From Candidatus Omnitrophota bacterium (GTDB taxonomy: Bacteria; Omnitrophota; Gorgyraeia; 2-01-FULL-45-10), in contig CAIMPC010000007.1 in NCBI GenBank assembly GCA_903843285.1, forward strand, positions 28,730 to 92,729: a DNA stretch of 64,000 nucleotides, read 5' to 3'. Shown piece after piece: positions 56,465 to 64,000 of this stretch. A program made the position numbers and the translations under genes. Position 1 is the stretch's first letter, and every line of letters starts with the position of its first letter. The notes below the pieces were generated by a model. It was not told where the DNA came from and did not search any database. It saw only the letters and a list, made by a program, of their open reading frames with translations.

Positions 56465-57113
56465 AAAGCTTATCATATTCCCGTTCGGAGGGAATGCCAG
56501 AGAAACGCTTTTATCTATAATGGCGATCAATCGGAATGAACGGGTATGGGATGTTACTGGTTTCATAGATGATGATCCTGCTTTACATGGAAAAGATTGT
56601 TTGGGCGTAAAAGTTCTGGGCGGCAGAGAGATCCTGAAACGGTTCCCCGATTCAAAGATCCTGGCTGTGCCGGGCAATGCCGGTATCCATCTGAAACGAC
56701 GGGAGATTATAGAGAGCCTTGGGATCGATAAAAAGCGCTTCGTGACGATAATAGACCCGTCGGCAGCCGTTTCACCTGACGCTAAAGTCGGTTGTAATAC
56801 CATTTTGATGCGCAATGTTTTTGTGAGCTGCGGAGCTGTGGTAGGAGACCATTGCGTGGTCCTGCCGAATACCGTGATTTCACACGACAGTTCCGTAGGA
56901 GATTATTGCAGCATAGGTTCGAATGTTTCGATTTCCGGTTTTGTTGTTATCGGCCCTATGTGCTATGTAGGATCCGGCGTTAGCGTGAGAGAGCTGATCT
57001 CGATAGGTAAGGGGGCCTTGATAGGGCTCGGCGCGAATGTTATTTCCGACATTGAAGAAGGCGTTGTAGCGGTCGGGAATCCGGCGCGTGGTATAAGGAG
57101 AGCTCAGATATGA
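56457..57113 (+). CDS. NeuD/PglD-family sugar N-/O-acetyltransferase (hexapeptide)
   Basis: N-terminal Rossmann-like domain (LIIFPFGGNARET...DVTGFIDDD) plus C-terminal LbH repeats, as in PglD/NeuD. 218 aa. Confidence 0.72.
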   Translation: MPEKLIIFPFGGNARETLLSIMAINRNERVWDVTGFIDDDPALHGKDCLGVKVLGGREILKRFPDSKILAVPGNAGIHLKRREIIESLGIDKKRFVTIIDPSAAVSPDAKVGCNTILMRNVFVSCGAVVGDHCVVLPNTVISHDSSVGDYCSIGSNVSISGFVVIGPMCYVGSGVSVRELISIGKGALIGLGANVISDIEEGVVAVGNPARGIRRAQI

Positions 57114-58051
57114 ATATATCAATAGTTATCCCTGCTTACAATGAAGAGCCGAATATCGCTAACGCCATATTAAGCGTTAAGGATTTGGTGGCGCGCGTGG
57201 GTATAAGAGATTATGAGATAATAGTTGTAGACGACCATTCCGACGATAATACATTCGAGGCCGTTAAAAAATTCGGCGCAGATAATATTAATTGCATAAG
57301 GTTGAGCAGGAGAAGCGGAAGCCATACCGCGCTCCGTGCTGGCCTGGCCAATTCCCGAGGAGATGCTGTTTTGTGTATCGCGGCGGATGGGCAAGAGGAT
57401 ATCGGAGTATTGCCCGAGATGATAAAAAAACGGCTTGCTGGTGCAAAAGTCATATGGGCTTTGAAAAAAGACAGGAAAGCGGAGGCGTGGCATATGCGTA
57501 AAGCCGCACAGTTATTTTATCGCATACTGCTTTTATTGGATGAGACTCAGGAGCAGAACATAGATTTTTCAAGGGCTGATTTCTTCATGTTGGACCGTAC
57601 GGTGGTAAAAGCGATAAATGCCTGCCCCGAGAAAAATACCTCTCTCTTCGGCCTTATAGGGTGGCTGGGTTTCCGCAGTGACTTCGTCGAATATGATAGA
57701 AAGCCGCGCGTCAGAGGCAAGACCAAATGGAGTTTCAAACGGCGCCTGCGCCTGGCAAGGGATTGGATTATTGCGTTTTCCGGTCTGCCGCTTAAAATAA
57801 TGTCAATCATGGGCGCGGTAGTGGCCACCGCCGGGTTTATTTATGGGGCGTTTCTCATAATACATGCTATTGTGGGCAAACCTGCACCTGGATGGTCGTC
57901 GATAATGGTAGCTATATTTGTTCTAGGAGGCCTTCAGATGATGATGCTAGGCGTGATAGGCGAGTATCTTTGGCGCAACCTGGATGAATCCAGAAAGAGG
58001 CCTCTATATTTTGTGGAAACATCCACGTCTAACGACGAAACAATAAGGTAG
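57110..58051 (+). CDS. GT2 polyprenyl-phosphate sugar synthase (ArnC/GtrB-like) with C-terminal TM anchor
   Basis: ISIVIPAYNEE. IVVDDHSDDNT. CIAADGQED (DxD-like). C-terminal TM helices (IMSIMGAVVATAGFIYGAFLII; IMVAIFVLGGLQMMMLGVIGEYL). Confidence 0.8.
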   Translation: MNISIVIPAYNEEPNIANAILSVKDLVARVGIRDYEIIVVDDHSDDNTFEAVKKFGADNINCIRLSRRSGSHTALRAGLANSRGDAVLCIAADGQEDIGVLPEMIKKRLAGAKVIWALKKDRKAEAWHMRKAAQLFYRILLLLDETQEQNIDFSRADFFMLDRTVVKAINACPEKNTSLFGLIGWLGFRSDFVEYDRKPRVRGKTKWSFKRRLRLARDWIIAFSGLPLKIMSIMGAVVATAGFIYGAFLIIHAIVGKPAPGWSSIMVAIFVLGGLQMMMLGVIGEYLWRNLDESRKRPLYFVETSTSNDETIR

Positions 58052-58066
58052 CGTTTACTCGCAGAT

Positions 58067-60688
58067 ATGGGCAATAACATACTTCTCATTAATCCGGCCG
58101 TAAATTCTTCATCACAGAATAAGATCGTAAGCTCTGCGATAAATACAACTTTTCCTACCAGCCTCGGTGCCATCGCCGGCTATTTAATAGCGCATGGCAT
58201 CTCTCCCGTTCGCATAATCGATGAACAGCTGGATTTTATTAAAAACGAAGACCTTGCCTTTTTAATTAATTCCCTAGAGAAGCCGCGTATAGTAGGCCTT
58301 AGCGTATTGACCATAAATTCCAAGAGGGCTTATGAGCTGGGAGCTAAAATAAAGAAAATAGACACGGATTGCGTTATCGTAGCCGGCGGTATACATCCCA
58401 CTGTATTACCCGATGAGGCGCTTTCCAATGCAGGCATAGATATAGTTGTCAGGGGAGAGGGGGAAAGGACATTTGAGGAGCTATCGCATTCGATAATTAA
58501 AGGCAGTGATTATAGCGGCATCTCCGGTGTATCATTTAAACGTAATGGTGGGATCGTCCATAATGCCGATAGGCCTTTGATCGAGGACCTCGACGAGATA
58601 CCGTCATTTCCCTATCATCTTTTTGAAAAAGATAAAGACAGGTATCCGTCATTCGGCGGCATATTTACGTCAAGAGGATGCCCGTATAACTGTATATTCT
58701 GTTCTTCCCGAAGCATTTCGGGGAAAAGATACAGGTATTTCAGCATCCAGAGGGTAATGTCCGAGATCAAAGTCCTTATCGAGAGATACGGACAAAAGAC
58801 GATATGGTTAATGGATGATAATATAGCTGGTAATAGCCGGCGCTTCATTGAGCTACTCGATTCTATAAAGGCGGCAGGTTTATCCGAGGATATAAATTTT
58901 CACGGTTCCATGCGTGCTGACAATATAAGCGAAGAGATACTTGATAGGGCGAAGGCCGCTAATTTTAAGATGATAGCCTTCGGCATGGAAACGAGTTCAG
59001 AGTCACTTATGAAGCTGATCGGTAAAGGTGAGACGGTGAAACAGGTTGTGGATGCGGTAAAGCTGACCCATAGGAAGGGTATAGCTGCCGCTACAACAAT
59101 AATCTTCGGCCTTCCCGGGGAAGTGTCCAGGGACAGATGGGATGCGATCAGGCTGGTCGATGATATGCCGCTATCGAGCATCCGGTTCAATACCCTTACG
59201 CCGTATCCGGGAACCCCTGTTTATGAGATGTTAAAGCGCCGGGGAGAGCTGGTAGTGGAAAAAGATTGGGAAAATTTCGCTGTTCAATATATGTGGGAGG
59301 GTGACGACCTGCCGTATGTCCCCAAAGGCAATGATAAATATGAGCTGATGTTTGATACTATGTTTGCGAACCTATCGTTCTATCTCAGCATAAAAGGCAT
59401 CGGAAGGCTTCTTAGGTCATCGTTTGCCGGTGGTAACGTGATAAAGATGTCCGAAAGGTGGTACCTTTCTCCGGAAAAAGTATGGAACCTTCTCCGGTTG
59501 GTTCTATTCCTGAATTTCCGGTTCTTTTCTGTGGCGCTAAAGGTTGTTGCAAATAAGTTCAATAAAAATAGCCAGCTTAAGTACGCATCCTATAAAGATG
59601 ACCTTGAAAAGTTATCGGCGTATTATGAAGGTAAGGAGCTTGCTCCAGGACCGGATGCTGTCGGAGCGCTCCAGGATTCTTATGCCGAAAAAGTGTTTGA
59701 GAATGTTGTTTATGAAAAATATGCGGACCTGCGCCGGCCTTTTTACACATTTAGCCCGTTCAATTATCAGCGGATTCCGCCTGCGGCCAGATATTATGGG
59801 CAAAAGCTTTTTAAGCGAGATAACCGACTGACCATGGCGTTTCCGTCATGGCCTTATGAGGGTTCGCTGGAACGTCTTCGTAAAGTTTTTGCCGGAAGGT
59901 CATCTGGAATAGAGTACGACCGTTTCATTAAACCCATCAGTTGGCCGGAAAATAAACGTTGTGCGCTTATACTTACACATGATATCGAAAGCGATACGAA
60001 CTGGAAGTGGGTGCGTAAAATCGCGTCCATGGAAAAAGAATTAGGTTTCAGATCATCATGGAATGTAGTCCCAAAGCTATACAAAATCGATTATGCTGTG
60101 CTGGACTGGCTTGCGCAAAACGGCTTCGAGATAGGTCTGCATGGTTATAATCATGATAATAAATTGGCTTATTTGAGCGAAGAAAGTATGAGAAATAGGC
60201 TGGAGGCAAGCAGAGATCTTATCAAGTTATATAACATAGCCGGTTTCAGGTCTCCGTCATGGCTTCGGAGTGAGCGGCTCTTTAATGTGCTGCAGGAATA
60301 TTTTTTATACGACTGCAGCGTGCCGGATGTAGACTATTTATCTCCCGCAGGCATAGGAGGATGTTGTTCCGTTTTTCCGTATATGAGAGGCAGATTGGTC
60401 GAGCTCCCGACCACTCTGCCCTATGAGTTTCCTGTTCAATGCGGAGTGAAGCCTTCCGATCTGAATGCTTTTTGGAAAGAGAAGATTTCAAAGATCAAAG
60501 AAAATATGGGATGCATTACCGTAGTCACCCACCCCGATCCTTTTTACGGCGGCAATGATTCAATGGTCAGCTCATATAAAGAATTATTGGAGGGGCTGGC
60601 AGGGGATAGAGATATTGTCTCCATGCTGCCGAGAGATGCAGCTGCACACTATCTTAAGAAGATAGGGCTTGATAAAAGAGGGGCATAG
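58067..60688 (+). CDS. Fusion protein: B12-binding radical SAM enzyme (paralog 5) fused to a C-terminal CE4/NodB-like polysaccharide deacetylase domain
   Basis: 873 aa. N-terminal B12-binding-like domain (VIVAGGIHPT, VVRGEGERT). CxxxCxxC in TSRGCPYNCIFCSS. Hydrophobic linker (VWNLLRLVLFLNFRFF). C-terminal CE4 motifs: ILTHDIESD (motif 1 variant), HGYNHD (HxxxH), GFRSPSW (RxP). Confidence 0.75.
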   Translation: MGNNILLINPAVNSSSQNKIVSSAINTTFPTSLGAIAGYLIAHGISPVRIIDEQLDFIKNEDLAFLINSLEKPRIVGLSVLTINSKRAYELGAKIKKIDTDCVIVAGGIHPTVLPDEALSNAGIDIVVRGEGERTFEELSHSIIKGSDYSGISGVSFKRNGGIVHNADRPLIEDLDEIPSFPYHLFEKDKDRYPSFGGIFTSRGCPYNCIFCSSRSISGKRYRYFSIQRVMSEIKVLIERYGQKTIWLMDDNIAGNSRRFIELLDSIKAAGLSEDINFHGSMRADNISEEILDRAKAANFKMIAFGMETSSESLMKLIGKGETVKQVVDAVKLTHRKGIAAATTIIFGLPGEVSRDRWDAIRLVDDMPLSSIRFNTLTPYPGTPVYEMLKRRGELVVEKDWENFAVQYMWEGDDLPYVPKGNDKYELMFDTMFANLSFYLSIKGIGRLLRSSFAGGNVIKMSERWYLSPEKVWNLLRLVLFLNFRFFSVALKVVANKFNKNSQLKYASYKDDLEKLSAYYEGKELAPGPDAVGALQDSYAEKVFENVVYEKYADLRRPFYTFSPFNYQRIPPAARYYGQKLFKRDNRLTMAFPSWPYEGSLERLRKVFAGRSSGIEYDRFIKPISWPENKRCALILTHDIESDTNWKWVRKIASMEKELGFRSSWNVVPKLYKIDYAVLDWLAQNGFEIGLHGYNHDNKLAYLSEESMRNRLEASRDLIKLYNIAGFRSPSWLRSERLFNVLQEYFLYDCSVPDVDYLSPAGIGGCCSVFPYMRGRLVELPTTLPYEFPVQCGVKPSDLNAFWKEKISKIKENMGCITVVTHPDPFYGGNDSMVSSYKELLEGLAGDRDIVSMLPRDAAAHYLKKIGLDKRGA

Positions 60689-60690
60689 AA

Positions 60691-61452
60691 TTGGAGAACC
60701 AGGCCTATGACGAACTCGCGCGCGTTGAAGATACACACTGGTATCATGAAAGCCGTCGAAGGCTATTGGAGTATTATCTCGACAGCGTTAAAGACGCTCT
60801 ACCCAGCTGCGCCCAAATACTCGATGTCGGGTGCGGGACCGGCGGTATGCTCAATGTGCTGGAAAAATACGGAGATATTACAGGATTAGAGATATCGGAA
60901 TATGCGTTAAGTCTATTGCTTAAGAAGCACCCTTCGGCAAAGATAAAGATAGGTTCGGCAAATGATCTCGATAATATTTTTAAAGGCCAGGCTTTTGATC
61001 TGGCCACCTTTTTCAATGTGCTATATCATAAGTGGATCGCGGATGATGTCCAGGTATTAAAAAAAGCGGCTGATATTGTAAAGCCCGGAGGATTTATTGT
61101 CTTGAACGAACCCGCGTATGGATTCCTCTATCGCGATAATGACAAGATCTGTTTTGGTGCTCGCCGATATACAAAAACAGGGATTCGCGATATCTTGACA
61201 AAAGCAGGGTTTCGCATAGTAAAAATAACCTATTTTAACAGTCTGAGCTTTCTGCCGTTAGTGGCAATAACTGCGCTTCAGCGCTCGGGCCTAATCCGTT
61301 TTAAATCAGCATCGAATGAATTACGCAGGCCGCACCGTGTAGTTAATGAGCTTCTTAAATTCATAATGTCATGCGAGCTGGCTATTATCAAGATTTTTGG
61401 AAGCATGCCATTCGGAGTATCGGTCTTCGTTTTGGCGGAAAAGGTTTCATGA
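60691..61452 (+). CDS. Class I SAM-dependent methyltransferase
   Basis: Motif I ILDVGCGTGGML. DLATFFNVLYH. KPGGFIVL. 253 aa. Confidence 0.75.
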   Translation: MENQAYDELARVEDTHWYHESRRRLLEYYLDSVKDALPSCAQILDVGCGTGGMLNVLEKYGDITGLEISEYALSLLLKKHPSAKIKIGSANDLDNIFKGQAFDLATFFNVLYHKWIADDVQVLKKAADIVKPGGFIVLNEPAYGFLYRDNDKICFGARRYTKTGIRDILTKAGFRIVKITYFNSLSFLPLVAITALQRSGLIRFKSASNELRRPHRVVNELLKFIMSCELAIIKIFGSMPFGVSVFVLAEKVS

Positions 61453-63017
61453 GCATCCCCAGCGGAAATATAAAAAAAATACATCTGCTTTATCTGCTAT
61501 TTTTTCTTCTCATCGTATATCTTGTTATGAATACCGGTATATTCTCTGATGATTATGAAGCGATGGTCAGGGCTAAATCCGAAGATTTTAGGAACATCCT
61601 GATTCCGAGCGGCAATTTTTATTACGCAGATACACCGGTCTTGAATTACACTCATTATCTGTGGTACAGATTTATCAGCATTGATAATCAGACAATTATC
61701 AACGTTCTTAAGATATCTTATATCTTATTGGCTTTCTGTTTAAGCGCGCAATTTTTTAAGATATTCGTAAAGGAGCCTCTTGCGCTTTTAATCTCATTTA
61801 TCTTCATATTTTTTCCATCGCACGATTCAACCGTTTATATGTTTATGAACCAGTACCTTACCCTTTCATTCGCTTTCTATCTTTACGCGTATTACCTTGC
61901 GCATCGTGGTAAGTTATTGTTTGCATTTTTATCAGGGATGATAGCCTCTTTTATGTCATATGGAAGCACGCCCATAGCTCTATCGCTTTGTCTACTTTTC
62001 GTCCTGAGTAAAAAGTACAAGCAGGCCGCAATTATCGTGGTCCCGAACATAATATACTCTTCATTCTTTATTATCATCACAACTATAGCTAAAATAGGGC
62101 ATCCAAGAGTATTGGAGACCCTGAATGCTTCGACTTTAGTAAAACAATTCGTGCTGCAGGTTGCAACATTTCTTGACGCGACGTGCGGTCCATCGATGTG
62201 GCTTAAGATATTCTATTCATTCTCTCAGCTCTCATTGCTATCTTTTATAATAGGTATCTTTGTCGTTATTGGTTGTTATGGGATAATCAGGCGATATTCA
62301 GCGCGATACGACCCCAGGCTGGTCATAAGCCTCGCTGTATTATTGATTACATCTTTATTTATGTTCGCCGTGACCGGCCGCTATCCGCAACTATGCTTTG
62401 GTTTAGGCAATAGAGTGTCCATATATGGAGCTTTATTATTCGCGTATCTGATAGTTCTGATGCCCGGGCCTAAGAAAAACCGGGCAGTGTTATTGAGCCT
62501 TCTTTTATTTACCATAGTAGGCGGTTCTGACCACTGGAAGAGCTGGAGCTGCCATCAACAGGCGGTCATCTCTAACATCAGGGAGAATAAAGGTCTCAGG
62601 AACTATAAGTATACCGCGGGAAATAACGATATCAGGGTGATATTTGTGTCTGGTAACCAGTTCAGCAAATACGGCCCCATCAGCAATATCGAATTCTTTT
62701 CGGAAAACTGGGTTCCCACGCACATTTGTAGACTTTTATTCGGAAGATTGCTGCCGACGGGTACTATAAATAAGAGATTTAAATATGAAGATGGTTACTT
62801 AATAGACCCCAAATATAATAACAGGATAAAAGTAGATGGTTATATAAACGTCTACGATTCAGAGAAGAATGAGCTTCTAAGGGTGGATGCCGGATCTATA
62901 AAAAGCTATATAGAGTCATTGCCTTCCGATAAGCGCCACTGGGTGCAGTTCCTCGATCTTAAACGTATGAATCAGATAATTTTGAAGCTCATGCCGCGAT
63001 TAGACTATGCAATTTAA
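61449..63017 (+). CDS. Polytopic integral membrane protein with C-terminal soluble domain (GT-C-like glycosyltransferase or polymerase candidate)
   Basis: The track ORF starts at 61371. ATG at 61449 in an ATGA overlap with the upstream stop. ~10 predicted TM helices over the first ~350 aa, then a ~190-aa hydrophilic domain. Very AT-rich coding sequence. No diagnostic motif recognised. Confidence 0.4.
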   Translation: MSIPSGNIKKIHLLYLLFFLLIVYLVMNTGIFSDDYEAMVRAKSEDFRNILIPSGNFYYADTPVLNYTHYLWYRFISIDNQTIINVLKISYILLAFCLSAQFFKIFVKEPLALLISFIFIFFPSHDSTVYMFMNQYLTLSFAFYLYAYYLAHRGKLLFAFLSGMIASFMSYGSTPIALSLCLLFVLSKKYKQAAIIVVPNIIYSSFFIIITTIAKIGHPRVLETLNASTLVKQFVLQVATFLDATCGPSMWLKIFYSFSQLSLLSFIIGIFVVIGCYGIIRRYSARYDPRLVISLAVLLITSLFMFAVTGRYPQLCFGLGNRVSIYGALLFAYLIVLMPGPKKNRAVLLSLLLFTIVGGSDHWKSWSCHQQAVISNIRENKGLRNYKYTAGNNDIRVIFVSGNQFSKYGPISNIEFFSENWVPTHICRLLFGRLLPTGTINKRFKYEDGYLIDPKYNNRIKVDGYINVYDSEKNELLRVDAGSIKSYIESLPSDKRHWVQFLDLKRMNQIILKLMPRLDYAI

Positions 63018-63026
63018 ACCAAGAAT

Positions 63027-64000
63027 ATGGTGCAGATAATGTCTTTAGGAATGAAAAACATTTTGATAAACAATGACAAAATCGAACATTCAAAGATATC
63101 TTCCGATGAGATAAGATCATGTGGCTATATCGATTTTTTGATCAACGTATATAAAGATAGATTTAATAGTTACAAATTCAGGGATAGAGCGGAGATAGGA
63201 AGAAACCTGGCCTGGGAGTATCTGAATAATCCGGAATACGGGAAAGATGATCCCCTTATATGGGTAGCGAAGATTGGGAATAAGTACGTCGGACAGTTCT
63301 GCCTGATGCCGGTTAAGATAAAGATAGTCGATAAGATATATAATGGTGCATGGGCGCAGGACTTTATAGTGTCGGGTGAGTATAGGGGCAGGGGGCTTGG
63401 CCGTTTGCTGGTCCAATATGCTATAAAAGAATCCGAAAAATATCTCGACATATTATTGGTCGCTGGAACAAACAAAGCCTCCTATTCCGTATTTAAACAG
63501 CTGGGTTTTATTGACACAGGCTTCTTTAGCCGCCATGTCAGGATCGTGAATTCCCAAAATATCTCCGATAAGCTTACCTCCAGCGCTATGTTGCGCAAAT
63601 TTATCTGGATGGGAATGCGCTTTTTCTTACATCCTCGCGCAAAGCCCGGCAATTTGAATTCAAACATCGGGATAAAGATAGTCACGATAGGTCGATTCGA
63701 TGAGAGTTTTAATGGTTTTTGGGATAAAGTATCTGAACATTATCCGGCCATAGTGAAAAGGGGCACGAAGGCTTTGAGGTGGCGGTTCGATGAACAGCCA
63801 TATCAAAAGTATACGATATTGGCAGCTAAATCCGGAGATGCTATCATCGGCTATGTAGCGGTGAGGGAAGGGAAGGTGCTGACCGGCAGACTGGACGGAC
63901 TAAAGACCGGTGTTATCTCAGATATCTTATTTGATCCGAAAGATATGAATACCGGAAGGCTTTTATTGAGTGCTGCGGTATCATTCTTCGGTAATAAAGT
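63027..64000 (+). CDS. GNAT-family acyltransferase, possibly tandem-GNAT (partial; 3' end beyond window)
   Basis: Absent from the ORF track. Manual translation from the ATG at 63027 gives 324 sense codons with no stop, running to the window edge. In-frame ATGs also lie at 63039 and 63051. GNAT motif A QDFIVSGEYRGRGLGRLLVQYAI. Second half (ILAAKSGDAIIGYVAV) looks like a second GNAT-like lobe. Confidence 0.5.
   Translation, partial: MVQIMSLGMKNILINNDKIEHSKISSDEIRSCGYIDFLINVYKDRFNSYKFRDRAEIGRNLAWEYLNNPEYGKDDPLIWVAKIGNKYVGQFCLMPVKIKIVDKIYNGAWAQDFIVSGEYRGRGLGRLLVQYAIKESEKYLDILLVAGTNKASYSVFKQLGFIDTGFFSRHVRIVNSQNISDKLTSSAMLRKFIWMGMRFFLHPRAKPGNLNSNIGIKIVTIGRFDESFNGFWDKVSEHYPAIVKRGTKALRWRFDEQPYQKYTILAAKSGDAIIGYVAVREGKVLTGRLDGLKTGVISDILFDPKDMNTGRLLLSAAVSFFGNK

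Noticed and set aside
1-64000. Searched for CRISPR repeats, tRNA/rRNA genes, transposases, integrases, phage or defence-system genes.
   Set aside because: No regularly spaced direct repeats, no cloverleaf-like sequences or rRNA signatures, and no ORF with a DDE, tyrosine-recombinase, nuclease or helicase motif. The window is nearly 100 percent coding on the + strand.

Overview
64-kb window with every supported gene on the + strand. Moderate GC with visible internal heterogeneity. Most likely an uncultivated diderm bacterium: LptD is present, and DnaK is of the insert-less type. The first ~14.6 kb is housekeeping and signalling: dnaK-dnaJ, an FmdB-like zinc-ribbon protein, a DUF1015 protein, asnB, a stand-alone corrinoid-binding protein, accD, an orphan MalK-like ABC ATPase, two tandem GAF-GGDEF diguanylate cyclases, and lptD. 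From 14.67 kb to the window edge lies one continuous ~49-kb cell-envelope glycan locus. It carries nucleotide-sugar genes: ugd, rmlCABD, a TviB/WbpA-like and a TviC/WbpP-like pair, UXS, an ArnA-C-terminal-like/ArnB-like pair, and a WbpB/WbpD/WbpE-like set. It also carries a Wzx-like flippase, three sets of polyprenyl-phosphate GT2 plus GT-C (ArnC/ArnT- or GtrB/GtrC-like) enzymes, and GT-B transferases. The most unusual part is a tailoring block with five paralogous B12-binding radical SAM enzymes (one fused to a CE4 deacetylase-like domain), two SPASM/twitch radical SAM enzymes, five class I SAM methyltransferases, four DegT-family aminotransferases, an SGNH hydrolase, GNAT and hexapeptide acyltransferases, a papain-like C1 peptidase and a transglutaminase-like protein. 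No rRNA, tRNA, CRISPR array, transposase or integrase was recognised. All functional calls rest on motifs and family resemblance read from the translations. No database search was run.
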